Counted from the first letter of the stretch, positions 1 through 14,014 are shown. The stretch: DNA of 64,000 nt from Octopus vulgaris (GCA_951406725.2 OX597838.1:37448001-37512000); one strand, 5' to 3'. Made by a program: numbers and translations. Notes: generated from the sequence alone by a model not told the origin.

Positions 1-130
1 ATATAATGTGTATGAGGTCAGTTGTATATTATGCTATCATGATGTAATCTGCTCTGAATGAAATAATAGAATTCTACCGAAACAGCTGTTGTAAATATTA
101 AACGCCATTTGTATTTACGCTTAATGCATG

Positions 131-165
<35 letters not shown>

Positions 166-416
166 TTATATATGTGTGTGTGTGTGTGTGCGCGCGTGTA
201 TAAGCATGGAACTAATTATTTATCGATATCTTATTCATATGCAGGACGTGTTTAGTATAGCAGGATTTTATATTTTCGTTCAACAAGTACTAAAATGATC
301 TGCTTCAATCCATACAACTCTCCGCTTGCTATCATCAACTCACCTTAACGCATAAATATATAATATCTACTGAACCACATGCTCCCCTCACCCCTCTCTC
401 TCTCTCTGTATATATA

Positions 417-460
<44 letters not shown>

Positions 461-611
461 CATACATGCATACATATATCTTTGCTCAGTACATCAATAC
501 ATTTTTGTATGTATACTAGATTATACCGATATTACGAATTATGCAATATTTATCTCTTAGTGTTCTGTAACATAAACTATCTCCAGATACAGTTTAAAAG
601 ATAATTATAAA

Positions 612-649
<38 letters not shown>

Positions 650-759
650 CGCGTATTTATTCTTAGATGCATCTATGGAAGTGTATACGCACATACTCAC
701 ATATATACATATATACACTTACATATAATCATATATAAATAAATATATATATATATATA

Positions 760-791
<32 letters not shown>

Positions 792-1185
792 AATAACAAA
801 GTGAAGTTGTATAAATGCGTATTTGTAAAGCTAGGAAGTCAGATAGATAAATAGATAGATAAAGAGGTGTGTGGGTTCGTATCTAGAGAGATAAACATGA
901 ATGAAATCACACAGACGTATATATATATGACTGGACAAATAATAGGCTGAACAAAAGAAATATAAATTAAAGAATTTGCATTTATTGTGAATGCGATCAC
1001 ATACATAACTGGAAAATAAATATCTATCTTTGACGCTGTCTAGCTAAGTAGGTATCAATGTGCGACTCGGTGTATATAAGTGTATGTATATATGTGTGTG
1101 TTTGATCGTACATATATATATTTATATATATATGTACATACTTATATATATATATATATATATTAATAAAATATATATGTGTGTG

Positions 1186-1332
<147 letters not shown>

Positions 1333-1343
1333 ATATATATATG

Positions 1344-1396
<53 letters not shown>

Positions 1397-1715
1397 TGTG
1401 TGTGTGTGTGTGCGCGTGCATATGTCTTGAGTGTCCATTTATACACAAGTATGTTTCTGCGTATATGCCAGTAACAGAAAAATGATGGAATACATTTGCA
1501 AATATAGATGTCCTGAATATAGATTATCATCATTATCGTCATCCACCAATGAATATTATTATTCGTACCTAACCAATACATATGTGTGTTTGTGTGTGTG
1601 TTTGTGTCTGTATTTCTGTGTGCCTGTGTGTAAGTACATGTATTTATACGTACATCAATATCTATGTATGTACGTTTGTATGTATATCTCTCTATGTGTA
1701 GATATATATATATAA

Positions 1716-1757
<42 letters not shown>

Positions 1758-1797
1758 CATATATATATAAATATGTATGTATGTACGTTTGTAGGCA

Positions 1798-1889
<92 letters not shown>

Positions 1890-2012
1890 ATAAATATAAA
1901 TATGTATGTATGTACGTTTGTATGCATCTCTCTCTATGTATATATATATATATATAAATATAAATATAAATATGTATGTATGTTTGTATGTATCTCTCTC
2001 TCTCTTTCTCTA

Positions 2013-2057
<45 letters not shown>

Positions 2058-2480
2058 ATATATATCGACAACGAAGTGGTACAGTATTGAAATCTCTTTA
2101 GAGTCGGGTAGCACATAATAACATTCTCATACGTACATCGGCATAAATGAAGTTGTCTATCAATGAATGACAGTCGATAGGAATTTATGGTTTCTAATGT
2201 GATATTTCTTCTTTGCTTTGTTCATTTAAAAAAAAAATATATATATTTTCTTTTAATATATTTCCTTGTTTATAATCCCACAAATAGCCACAACTGAACA
2301 ACAAGCATTTTTCTATGTAGTCCTCTGTTTGTTATCTTCCTCTGTTTTCCTCCGTTGAGGTTCAGTTTCATTTACGGACGTATATTGTGTTATATTGTAT
2401 GATGTGTTATATTATCTGGAGATATCTCCGTATATAGAAGAAGAAAAAGGGAGAGAGAGAGAAAAAAGGATAGGGAAGAA

Positions 2481-2524
2481 ATGATGATGATGATGATGTT
2501 AATAATAATAATAATAATAGCAAC

Positions 2525-2601
<77 letters not shown>

Positions 2602-2872
2602 TAATACTAATAATAATAATAATAATGATAATAATAATAATAATGATAATAATAATAACAATAATAACAATAATAATAATAATGATAATAATAATGATAA
2701 TAATAACAATAATAACAATAATAATAAATATAATAATAATAATAATAATAAATATAATAATAATAATAATAATGATAATAATAATAATAATAGTAATAAT
2801 AATGATAATAATAATAATAATAATAATAATAATTACAATAATAATAATGATGATGATGATGATGATGATGAT
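2481..2872. repeat. Long imperfect (AAT/GAT)n microsatellite, representative of dozens of (TA)n, (CA)n, (TATG)n, (TAGA)n and (AAT)n arrays in the window
   Basis: Directly visible. Other large arrays include 1210-1325, 20580-21035, 38360-38750 and 47470-48900. Confidence 0.98.
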
Positions 2873-2997
2873 AAAAAATGTAAAGGAATACGTGCGCCGT
2901 GTATGCAAGAGATAACCTAAGCATATACACAATCATACATACACGTCCGATCACATACCTACACACATACGCTTTCTCCCGCACGCACACACAAACA

Positions 2998-3039
<42 letters not shown>

Positions 3040-3083
3040 CTTATAAGTATATATGCATAATCAAATTAATATGTATTCATATG

Positions 3084-3133
<50 letters not shown>

Positions 3134-4092
3134 TATATATATGTATATATATGTATATATATATGTATATATATGTATGTATATATATAAAACAATTATA
3201 AAGGCGCATATATATGCATATGTGTGTGTGTTTACATGTACACATATATTTATACATACACAAACATATATATATATATAATTATATAAATATATATATA
3301 AATGTATGTGTATTTATATATATACATATATATATATACATATATATACACATATATATACATATATATATATAAAAATATATTTATATATACATATATA
3401 TGTATACATATATATGTATATATAGATATATATACATTTATATAAATGTATACACATACATATATATACGCACACACACGCATAAACACATTGATATATA
3501 AAGAGTTGTCTTTATTTATATTTTAATTTATTCATTGGTTATTTTTCCTATCTTTTGTTTTTCCTTTTATTTTTGTTTTGTATATTTCTTCTTTAAAACA
3601 AAGCAAAAAAAAAAAAACAGAAATTTCAATCATTCACTTAAACAATGAATTCATTGAACCTAAGATGAGATAGCAGGGAAAAAGTTGTAGCCGAAGAAAA
3701 AATAATAAACAAAACATAGTAAAAAACAATTTAAAAAAAAAATGAATAAGTAAAAATAAATATGGAAAACAACCTGTTATTCTTTTGTTTTTTGTTCTCG
3801 CTTTCGCTATATTTCTCAAGAGAGGCAAAACAGAATAGTTGTTATTACAAAGGGGAGATAAGCATGTACTTTACCCAACGGATGTGTTGGGAAAGAAGCA
3901 AAAAAAAAAAGCAGAAAATTGAATAGAAAGGAATATATATATATACATATACATTTATATATATATATATGTATATACATTTATATATATATATGTATAT
4001 ACATATACATACATATATATATATATATGTAATATATATATATATATATATATATATATGACATATACATATATATATATATATATATACAT

Positions 4093-4164
<72 letters not shown>

Positions 4165-4209
4165 ATATATATGTATATATAATATATACATATACATTTA
4201 TATATATAC

Positions 4210-4292
<83 letters not shown>

Positions 4293-4445
4293 CATATACA
4301 TATATACATATATATATATATATGTTTATATATACATGTATACATATAAAAAATCGTTGTTCGTGTGTATTCTATGTTATTTAAATTTTGGATTTAACAT
4401 TAACTATAAGAACAATCAATGTATTGAATAAAAAAGGCACCATTG

Positions 4446-4500
<55 letters not shown>

Positions 4501-4740
4501 CGCCATCACTGGCACTAGTGCTGCTGCTGCCGCTGCTGTTAGTAATGCAGTTGTTCCCATATCATACAAGGAAAAAAAACCTTACAAATAAACGGAAACA
4601 TCGGAGCATTTGTTATCATTTTCGGTAATAGCTTTACTGTTTTTGATTTATAGTTTTTTGGTTTTATTATTTACTCATTCTGTTATTACTATTCCATGAT
4701 GATGATGATGATGATGATAGTCATCATCATCATCATTATT

Positions 4741-5424
4741 GAGTGAGAGATCAATGTATGCCATGAAAGTCACACAAGGGCACAAATATACGAAGCCCGT
4801 ATACCCATCACGACTACCCATCTGACTCACACCCGTATACTCCCGTATACCCATCATGACTACACCAGGCACAGCAATCACAACCATATGTGCACAACAT
4901 GGTGATTTCAAGGTCATATCCCTTGCAGGTATGTTAGAATTTAGAATTAGTTAGAATTTTCTTCAAGTCGAGTAGCCCGTCCATGATGAACGAAAAACCT
5001 CACGTTTCCAGAAGAGAATTTTCCAAGCCTCAAAGAATTCCTCTCAGCACATGTCTATGATGCTACCCCACTACTCCTGCTGGTGATCAGAGATGCGCTT
5101 ATTGTCAACCATTAAAGGACATGCTCAAATGGTTATGGTCAAGCAACTGACAAACAAATTTGTGATACTGAGCAGAATATTTGCTGTAGCCCATCTTTTA
5201 CACCAAGACAAAATATGTCTCCGTATATAGAAGAAAAAGAGAGAGAGAAAAGGATAGGGAAGAAATTATGGTGATAATAATAATAATGATATAAAAAAAT
5301 GCAAAGGAAAATGTGCGTCGTGTATGCAAGAGATAACCTAAGCATATACACAAGCACACATACACGTCCGATCACAGTTAGAATCAGAGGCCATGAGAGT
5401 CACTGACTGGTACTGCATCAGGGC
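4741..5424 (-). mobile_element. Non-coding ~555 bp interspersed repeat flanked by (AAT/GAT)n, interrupted by a locally copied segment at 5215-5376
   Basis: Its reverse complement aligns end to end with 60594-61147 (gccctgatgcagtaccag...ctctcact). Confidence 0.8.
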
Positions 5425-5435
5425 ATTTATTATCT

Positions 5436-6025
5436 ATTTCTTTATTGCCCACAGGGGGCTAAACATAGAGGGGACAAACAAGGACAGACAAAGGGATTAA
5501 GTCAATTACATCGACCCTAGTGCGTAACTGGTACTTATTTAATCGACCCCGAAAGGATGAAAGGCAAAGTCGACCTCGGCAGAATTTGGACTCAGAACGT
5601 AGCGGCAGACGAAATACGGCTACACATTTCGCCCGGCTTGCTAACCACTCTGCCAGTTCGCCACCTTCAGAATTTATTATCATCTTGCCATTCATCCTTT
5701 CGAGATCGATAGATTAAGTACCAGTGAAATACTGGGGTCGATGTAATCGACTAGTCCCCTCCCCACAAATATGAGCCTTGTGCCTCTAGTAGAAAGCGTT
5801 ATTATTATTATTATTATGAAGGCGGTGAGCTGGCAGAATCGTTAGCACGCTGGACGGAATGCTTAGCGGTATTTCACCCGTCGCTACGTTCTGAGTTCAA
5901 ATTCCGCCGGCGTCAACTATGCTTTTCATTCTTTCAGGGTCGATAAATTACGTACCCGTGAAACACTGGACTCGATTTGTCCCCTCCCACCAAATTTTCA
6001 GGCCTTCTGCCTTTAGTAGGATAGA
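5436..6025. mobile_element. Cluster of family-B SINEs (one minus-strand copy, one partial and one full plus-strand copy)
   Basis: Consensus ggcggcgagctggcagaaacgttagc...gagttcaaattcc (B-box)...gcctttcatcctttcggggtcgataaattaagtaccag...aaagaaata recurs more than 20 times in the window. The central block resembles the Meta/MESC SINE domain from memory. Confidence 0.9.
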
Positions 6026-6084
6026 TTATTATCATTATTATTATTTTTATCATTATTATTATTATTATTATTGAAAAAAGTTAT

Positions 6085-6475
6085 AGGCGTAGGTGTGGCT
6101 GTGTGGTAAGTAGCTTGCTTACTAACCACATGGTTCCGGGTTCAGTCCCACCGCGTGGCACTTTGGGCAAGTGTCTTCTACTATAGCCTCGGGCCGACCA
6201 AAGACTTGTGAGTGGATTTGGTAGACGGAAACTGAAAGAAGCCCATCGTATATATGTATGTGTGTGTATATATATATATATGTGTGTGTGTGAGTGTTTG
6301 TGTATCTGTGTTTATCTCCCCAACATCACTTGACAACCGATGCTGGCAAAAGAGACCGATAGAATAAGTACTAGGCTTACAAAGAATAAGTACTGGGGTC
6401 GATTTACTCGACTAAAGGCGGTGCTCCAGCATGGCCACAGTCAAACGATTGAAGCAAGTAAAAGGGAGTAAAAGA
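6085..6475 (+). mobile_element. Family-A tRNA-derived SINE with an internal purine-pyrimidine microsatellite (OK-like)
   Basis: A-box TGGCTGTGTGG, B-box GGTTCAGTCCC, internal (TA)n(TG)n, tail ...gaaacaagtaaaagag; about 15 homologues in the window. Confidence 0.9.
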
Positions 6476-6722
6476 AAGGTTGCACAGGATCCAGTATTGT
6501 GATGTTGTAGATTGAAGATATTGTGTGTACCTTGGGTTTTGTACAGTCTATCGAGTCACCACAATGACTGTAGAAAGTGCACGCACTATGCGTGCAGTTC
6601 CGAGCAAAGCCGATTTTAGCAATACATATTATTATTGAATTTCGAGTGGTCAGTGGAAAATCAAACACTCCTGTGTATCACATATGATACACAGGACGTG
6701 TGTCTTTGACATCCATGCATCG

Positions 6723-6913
6723 TAGGCGCAGAGTGTCTGTGTGGCAAGTATAGGCGAAGGAGTGGCTGTTTGGTAAGTAGCTTGCTTACCAATCACATGG
6801 TTCCGGGTTCAGTCCCACTGCGTAGCACCTTGGGCAAGTGTCTTCTACTATAGCCTCGGGCCGACCAAAGCCTTGTGAGTGGATTTGGTAGACGGAAACT
6901 GAAAGAAGCCCGT

Positions 6914-6953
<40 letters not shown>

Positions 6954-7195
6954 TGTGTATGTATTGTGTATGTATATGTTTGTGTGTTTGTGTTTGTCCC
7001 CCCAACATCGCTTGACAACTGATGCTGGTGTGTTTACGTTCCTGTCACCTAGCGATTCGGCAAAAGAGACCGATAGAATAAATACTAGGCTTACAAAGAA
7101 TAAGTCCTGGGGTCGATTTGCTTTACTAAAGGCGGTGCTCCAGCATGGTCTCAGTCAAATGACTGAAACAAATAAAAGAATAAACGAATAAAAGA
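6723..7195 (+). mobile_element. Family-A (OK-like) SINE, full length, preceded by a short partial head
   Basis: Same consensus as 6085-6475. Confidence 0.9.
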
Positions 7196-8224
7196 ATATC
7201 TGATACACATTCCCAAGTTTTTTAAACACCAAAGAAACTTGGGATAAATGGAAGGTGATCTTTATATTACTCAGAAAGTATGACAGAAACACCAAGTCTT
7301 GTAACCCTCATAGTTGTTTAGGGCAGACTTAGGAAAACGCTTTGAACAGGCAAAGTGTTAAATGGTTTTTTTAAAGTTTGGAATTATACCAAAGCAGGAC
7401 TAGCGTCGATTCATAAGATTAAAATTCTTCAAAGCGGTGCCCCAGCATGGCCACAGCCTAATGACTGGAAGAGGAAAAACATATGTGGTCGAACAGCTCT
7501 GCATGAGCGTGCAAGGACTGATAGCTTTTAAAGACGACAAACCTAAGTTACGCGCACGTAAACCAACCGACAGCGGTTGTCAAGTATCAGTGATAGTGGT
7601 GGGGATAAACGCAGACACAAAGTCACTCACACAACTATACATGATGGGCTTCCGCACAGTTTCCGTCAGCCAAATTCGTTCAGAAGGAATCGGTTGACCC
7701 AAGGCTATATTAGATGACACCTGCCCGAGATGCCGTGCAGTGGGACTGAACTCAAAATCACATGGTTGCAAAGCGAATTTCTTAACTACTCGTCCATGCC
7801 AGCACCTTCCTTTTGTAGAATGATGTAGTGGGATGTTTTTCCATCCATTAACCTTCGGTACTCGTCTGGGGCAATGCAAACAGATCTTTTATTCTCCCGT
7901 TCGGTATCACAGCAATAACGACCAAGATTCAATATTTTGAACGGAATCTGTACCTGCCAAATGGAAACTTAATATGCAAGATTTATTTGCCATTAATGGG
8001 AAAGTTCAGACTGGTTCTGATGAGATGGTTAATGAAAAAGAATTTTTAAAAGATTTGTAAAACTTTAATATGAGATTTGTGTACAAACAGTATTTCATTG
8101 AATTGATTTGTTCAAATATTAGTGAATAATTTAATATACTGTCTTTAATATAGTAGAGTGTAAAATATAATTGCACAATTATGCAAATTCGTCTGTTGAA
8201 ACGCTTGTTTCACCATAATTATTG

Positions 8225-8440
8225 CACAGAATGTTAGAACAGAGTGTTTAGCCCTAATGCGGACCAACATACAGAGAGATTTCTTACCAAATAAACACGA
8301 ATAGTGTGTGGAACTAAATGAAGATTGGGGTTAGAACAGGTCAAAGCACAACTGGTACAATTTAATAACGAAATTTCAATGAAAAATATAGATGAAATTA
8401 GTTTGTCTTAATTGAAGGATTTTAAACAAATGACTAAATT
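8225..8440 (+). pseudogene. Possible decayed hAT transposase C-terminal (dimerisation) remnant
   Basis: Broken frames give an ERxF-like stretch followed by RLGLEQVKAQLVQFN, resembling hAT C-termini. Weak. Confidence 0.3.
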
Positions 8441-8737
8441 CTAAATGTTTAGAATTGGGTGGGCATTGCTATTAGTCTATTGGATAAATTGTTCTTAGTA
8501 ATATTTTGTGCTTTAATTTAACTTTCAAACGTTTATTGCTGGTTAAACGTTTGCCTCTTATGCGTATCGCATGTGACACTGTAGACGTATTTCCCTCGCT
8601 TCCAAGCATTGGACACATATACACACACATGCATAAATACAAACGTACATACATGCATAGGCACACACACACACACACTGACCCTTACACATGCTCACAA
8701 ACAAACAAAAAGTAACGCAGTGTAAATAACGGACAGA

Positions 8738-9355
8738 TTCAAAACTATTGAAAAGGTTGCAAGACGCAACGAAATAAAAATGAGGAATAAGTGGAAATTT
8801 TACCTATTTCTTTACTACCCACAAGGGTAGTAAAGAGGACAAACAAGGACAGACAAACGGATTAAATCGATTACATCGAACCCCATTGCGTAACTGGTAC
8901 TTAATTTATCGACCCCGAAAGGATGAAAGGCAAAGTCGACCTCGGCGGAATTTGAACTCAGAACGTAGAGGCAGACGAAATACCTATTTCTTTATTACCC
9001 ACAAGGGGCTAAACGTAGAGGGGACAAACAAGGACATACATAGGTATTAAGTCGATTACATCGACCCCCAGTGCGTAACTCGTACTTAATTTATCGACCC
9101 CGAAAGGATGAAAGGCAAAGTCGACCTCGGCGGAATTTGAACTCAGAACGTAGAGGCAGACGAAATACCGCAAAGCATTTCGTCCGGCGTGCTAACGTTT
9201 CTGCCAGCTCGACGCCTTTTAAGGGGAAATTTTACCGGTGAGTGTGTTAAATTATAAGGTACAAAAAGAAAATGATTCTCCCCAGACACAACAGAATATG
9301 CTTCAACACACGAACTCACATAAAGAATCTTGCAAACCAAATCCCCAAACGAAAC
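8738..9355 (+). mobile_element. Penelope-like terminal repeat family (same as 42218-42406) split by a family-B SINE dimer (8805-9218, minus strand)
   Basis: The flanks join to match 42218-42406; target-site duplication GGAAATTTTACC at 8793-8804 and 9225-9236. Confidence 0.75.
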
Positions 9356-9930
9356 ATTCTCAGTATTTTTCAGCCAATAGAGTAACTTGGGCCTTATGAA
9401 AGGAGAGCCCGAAATTACTCTTAACGTATAAGACAAGGGCTAACTATAAGTCTGAGAACAAGCGTGGGTGTTTTTGGATAAACTGCTTAGGATAAAAAAA
9501 GGGGACGGGAATTAAATGGCTTTTCTATGAAAACTAAACAAGTACAGCTGGCACGAAGAGTGATAACGACTGGCGTTGGCAGAGTTATCAAATAATGATT
9601 TCAATTTTTGGCACAAAGCCAGCAATCTCACTTTTCGAGTGGTACTTATTTTATCGACCCCAAATGCAAGAAAGGCAAAGTCAACCACAGCGGAATTTGA
9701 ACTCAGAACTTGACGTACGAAATACTGCTAAGCATATTTGCCTGGTGTGCTAACGATTCTGCCAGCTCACCGAATCCGGTGGAAATGGAAAAGATGAAAG
9801 GCAGACAGCGGATGGGAGGGTCATTTTTGGTATGAAGTAGTTAAGAAATTATATTTTAAAGAGGAAGATTGTTAGTGTCGTGTGAGTTAAGCCGTGATCG
9901 GTACACGTGGTTGACTTTGTCTTTCTTGCA

Positions 9931-10921
9931 AAGGAGGCGAACTGGCAGAAACGTTAGCACGCCGGGTGAAATGCGTAGCCGTATTTCGTCTGCCGTTACG
10001 TTCTGAGTTCAAATTCCGCCGAGGTCGACTTTGCCTTTCATCCTTTCGGGGTCGAGAAATTAAGTACCATTTGCGTACTGGGGTCGATATAATCGACTTA
10101 ATCCTTCTGTCTGTCCTTGTTTGACCCCTCTGTGTTTAGACCCTTGTGGGTAGTAAAGAAATAGGTATTTCGTCTGTCTTTACGAAAAAAAAAAATAAAT
10201 AAAGGCGGCGAGCTGGCAGAAACGTTAGCACACCGGGCGAAATGCTCTGCGGTACTTCGTCTGCCGTTACGTTGTGAGTTCATATTCCGCTGAGGTCGAC
10301 TTTGCCTTTCATCCTTTCGGGGTCGATAAATTAAGTACCAGTTACGCACTGGGGTCGATGTAATCGACATAATACCTATGTCTGTTCTTGTTTGACCCCT
10401 CTGTGTTTAGCCCCTTGTGGGTAATAAAGAAATAGGTACACGTACAGTGACATAGAAAAAAAGACCAGCGTGAAACGAAATCACACGTGGCCGAATGAAG
10501 TGGGTAGCAGAATTAGGTCTCGAGGCGATTATTCACAGCTCAAAGGGGTTCAAGTTTCGAGATGGTGACTAAGATGGCATGTAGCCATCTCTCTGATCAT
10601 GGTTTTGTGCATTTCCGGAGATGTTGAGTTGAATCTGATCAAAGGGATTGAAATGGTGAACCATAGTTTTCAGGAAGCTAGGAATATATATTTCTTTACT
10701 ACCCACAAGGGGCTACACACAGAGGGGACAAACAAGGACAGACAATGGGATTAAGTCGATTATATCGACCCCAGTGCGTAACTGGTACTTAATTTATCGA
10801 CCCCGAAAGGATGAAAGGCAAAGTCGACCTCGGCGGAATTAGAACTCAGAACGTAACGGCAGACGAAATACGGCTACGCAGGTCGCCCGGCGTGCTAACG
10901 TTTCTGCCAGCTCGCCGCCTA
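9931..10921. mobile_element. Three young family-B SINEs (9931-10175 +, 10201-10434 +, 10690-10921 -)
   Basis: Near-consensus copies. Confidence 0.9.
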
Positions 10922-11224
10922 GAAATATAATTGCAATAGGAAGCTAGGAATATAATTGCAGATCTCCAAACGGAACCGATCAACTAAAACGGCAACTTTT
11001 TACACGTTTATACTGGACGGTGACGGCATATAATGACGTCAGTTAGATTAGCTGATGGTCAGTGAAAGGTGTCGGAAATTTAGACAGTCGACTTTGGACC
11101 ATGTAGTTAGGTGCAAACGATGTTTTGATCAGTAGTGTGTGTAGTGGAGGTTCAGAGAAAATAGGAGCAGTAACAGGGTTACATTTACGGGGTAAAAGAC
11201 AACAGGTACTTTATTTTTTATTTT

Positions 11225-11454
11225 TTTTTATTTTTACTTGTTTCAGTCATTTGACTGCGGCCATGCTGGAGCACCGCCTTTAGTCGAGCAAATCGACCCC
11301 AGAACTTATTCTTTGGAAGCCTAGTACTTATTGCATCGGTCCATTTTGCGAAACCGCTAAGTTACGGGGATGTAAACGTAAACACACCACCATCAGTTGT
11401 CAAGCGATGTTGGGGGGGGGGACAAACAGACATACAAACATATACACACATAAA

Positions 11455-11493
<39 letters not shown>

Positions 11494-11626
11494 TTTGTCT
11501 CCCCTTCGTAAATATATAAGGACACAGGAAATATGTCGAAGCCGACAGGAAGCGTCGATGCTTCCTAGGCCTAAACAGCGGTGTGTAATCCCCTACTGTC
11601 ACGTTAAGTTGACAGTATACAACCAT

Positions 11627-11657
<31 letters not shown>

Positions 11658-11821
11658 CGACGGGCTTCTTTCAGTTTCCGTCTACCAAATCCACTCACAA
11701 GGCTTTATTTGGCCCGAGGCTATAGTAGAAGACACTTGCCCAAGGTACCACGCAGTGGGACTGAACCCGGTACCCTGTGGCTGGTAAGCAAGCTACTTAC
11801 CGCACAGCCACTCCTGCGCCT
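11225..11821 (-). mobile_element. Family-A (OK-like) SINE with a ~140 bp insert in its microsatellite
   Basis: Family-A consensus on both sides of 11491-11627. Confidence 0.88.
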
Positions 11822-12039
11822 AAGTTGTAGTGGAAAGTGATGTGTAGAGTCATGGTTGGTGAGCATTGGTAGCAGTTGGCGGTGCAGCTAACAGCGGGAG
11901 CTTAGCAAGAGGTCATGACCAAGGGGGAGAAGGTCAGCTAAAGAATTTGGTGGTGGTGGTGGTGGTGATTACTCTGCCGAAGGTGATGCTTACTTATTCA
12001 CATCATTTTGAGTTAATCAGGCATTATCATGTTTATTAT

Positions 12040-12350
12040 CACCGTGATCACCGTGACCGACCAGGCCATCAGATGTTGTTACACATCGCTGGTCACCATG
12101 CGCTTCGCATTGTTTTAGCCTTCAAATGACGCCACCCCGCTGGCTAAGCGAGCAGGCCGACAGAAGAAAGAGTGAGAGAAAGTTGTGGCGAAAGAGTACA
12201 GCAGGGATCACCACCACCCCCTGCCGGAGCCTCGTGGAGCTTTAGGTGTTTTCGCTCAATAAACACTCACAACGCCCGGTCTGGGAATCGAAACCGCGAT
12301 CCTACGACCGCGAGTCCGCTGCCCTAACCACTAGGCCATTGCGCCTCCAC
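12040..12350 (-). mobile_element. Family-C tRNA(Arg)-like SINE, short-tail type (OR-like)
   Basis: Reverse complement matches 51323-51625; A-box TGGCCTAGTGG, B-box-like GTTTCGATTCC. Confidence 0.88.
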
Positions 12351-12544
12351 ATGTTTATTATAGGAATGTTTATTTTAAGAATAACATTGTTAGATAGGTG
12401 GGAGATGTCAGATCTGGCCAGTGTGAGCATAAAACAGCCGGAATATGGGCTGGTTTATGGGCCGGTTTGAATGCTAACAGTTTAATCTCGATGTTACTCC
12501 CTGCGATAAAGATGTAAAGGAAATGGAGCATTACACTTCTATAT

Positions 12545-12709
12545 TTAACAGATAAGGAATTATGTACATTATTTACATTATTTAGATTTGACGGATATTT
12601 GTCCTCATCTTTGTTGTTAACACAACATTTCAGCTGATATACCCTCCAGCCTTCTTCAGGTGTCTTGGGGAAATTTCGAACCTGGGTTCTTATTCCTAAG
12701 GTATTTTCG

Positions 12710-12777
<68 letters not shown>

Positions 12778-13063
12778 ATTATTATTAACTACTCTTAACC
12801 ACTACGCCATATGCCCACGGCTATATGGCGTGGTGGTTAAGAGCGCGGGCTACTAACCCCAACATTCCGAGTTCGACTCCAGGCAGTGACCTGAATAATA
12901 ATAATAATAATGATAATAATAATAATAATAACTAAAACTACTGAATAATAATAATAATAGTTTGCGTGTGTAATCTGGGAATGCAATGAACTTCTCTGCC
13001 CTAGGTGTACAGAAAACACTCGGCGAGAAATGGAAGAAAATTTGAAGAAAGAAGGAAAAAGAA

Positions 13064-13110
<47 letters not shown>

Positions 13111-13229
13111 CATCGAAAAATACCTTTGGAATGGGAACCCATGTTCGAAATTTCCCCCAAGAAACCTGATGAAGGCTGGAGGGTATATCAGCCGAAACGT
13201 TGTATTAACAACAAACCAGATGAGGACAG
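12545..13229. mobile_element. Head-to-head inverted element: [hammerhead unit]-(TTG/TTA)n-[tRNA head] opposite [tRNA head]-(AAT)n-[hammerhead unit]
   Basis: 12600-12709 is the reverse complement of 13113-13229; 21 bp central inverted repeat at 12792-12812 and 12823-12843; A-box 12826-12836, B-box 12869-12880. Confidence 0.75.
13161..13206 (+). ncRNA. Minimal type I hammerhead ribozyme motif (Penelope-type, palindromic helix III)
   Basis: GAAAC-CUGAUGA-A-GGCUG(10 nt loop)CAGCC-GAA-ACGU-U^GUAUU. The minus-strand sister at 12619-12664 has full helix I GACAC/GUGUU. Confidence 0.7.
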
Positions 13230-13923
13230 TTATTATTATTATCATTATTATTATTAGAATTAGTCCTGAGGTCGATTTGCTCGACTAAAGGAGGTGCTCC
13301 AGCATGGCCACAGTCAAATGACTGAAAAAACAAGTAAAAGAGTAAAAGAGTATATATCAGATAACCGAAGAGATGGTGTTGTGGATTTCCACTTCGGCAT
13401 CTGAAACTCAGAGTTTTATCTTGACTACCGAGTAATGTAACATATTGTATAGATAAATTTCCTCTATTTACATAATATTGAGGTCTCTTTCTTTCTTTTG
13501 TTATCTTACCGTTTTATCAATATATATATATATATATATGCCTACACACACACACATACACACAAACACACTCATACAATCACTCACACGCATGCACGTG
13601 CGAAATTTAGGTTAGTTAAAATATACTTGTGACATATTTCAACTTCTAAAGGCAAATTCACTGCAGTTACCATGGAGAAAAAAATGTTCTCTTATTGTAA
13701 AAGGTGTAAAAACACCATATCTGCCCAGTGTCATACCCTGCACAGAGTTACCCCTCTTTGGTATTTTCTACAAATAGCGGCTAAAGAGCTAGATATACTG
13801 CGTCTAAGAATCCAACAGGGGACGCCTGAACATGGCGATAATTTTAACTACAATTCTAGCAACACGACATCGCAATTATAATCTTTGAAACAAGCTACAT
13901 TTTTACTTAATTATTTAATTATG

Positions 13924-14014
<91 letters not shown>

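Noticed and set aside
1663-2050. Higher-order repetition of compound microsatellite blocks as a code or array
   Set aside because: Explained by ordinary slippage or unequal exchange within compound repeats.
6668-6695. Perfect 12 bp hairpin TCCTGTGTATCA-CATA-TGATACACAGGA
   Set aside because: Too short for a pre-miRNA, and no associated element ends were identified.
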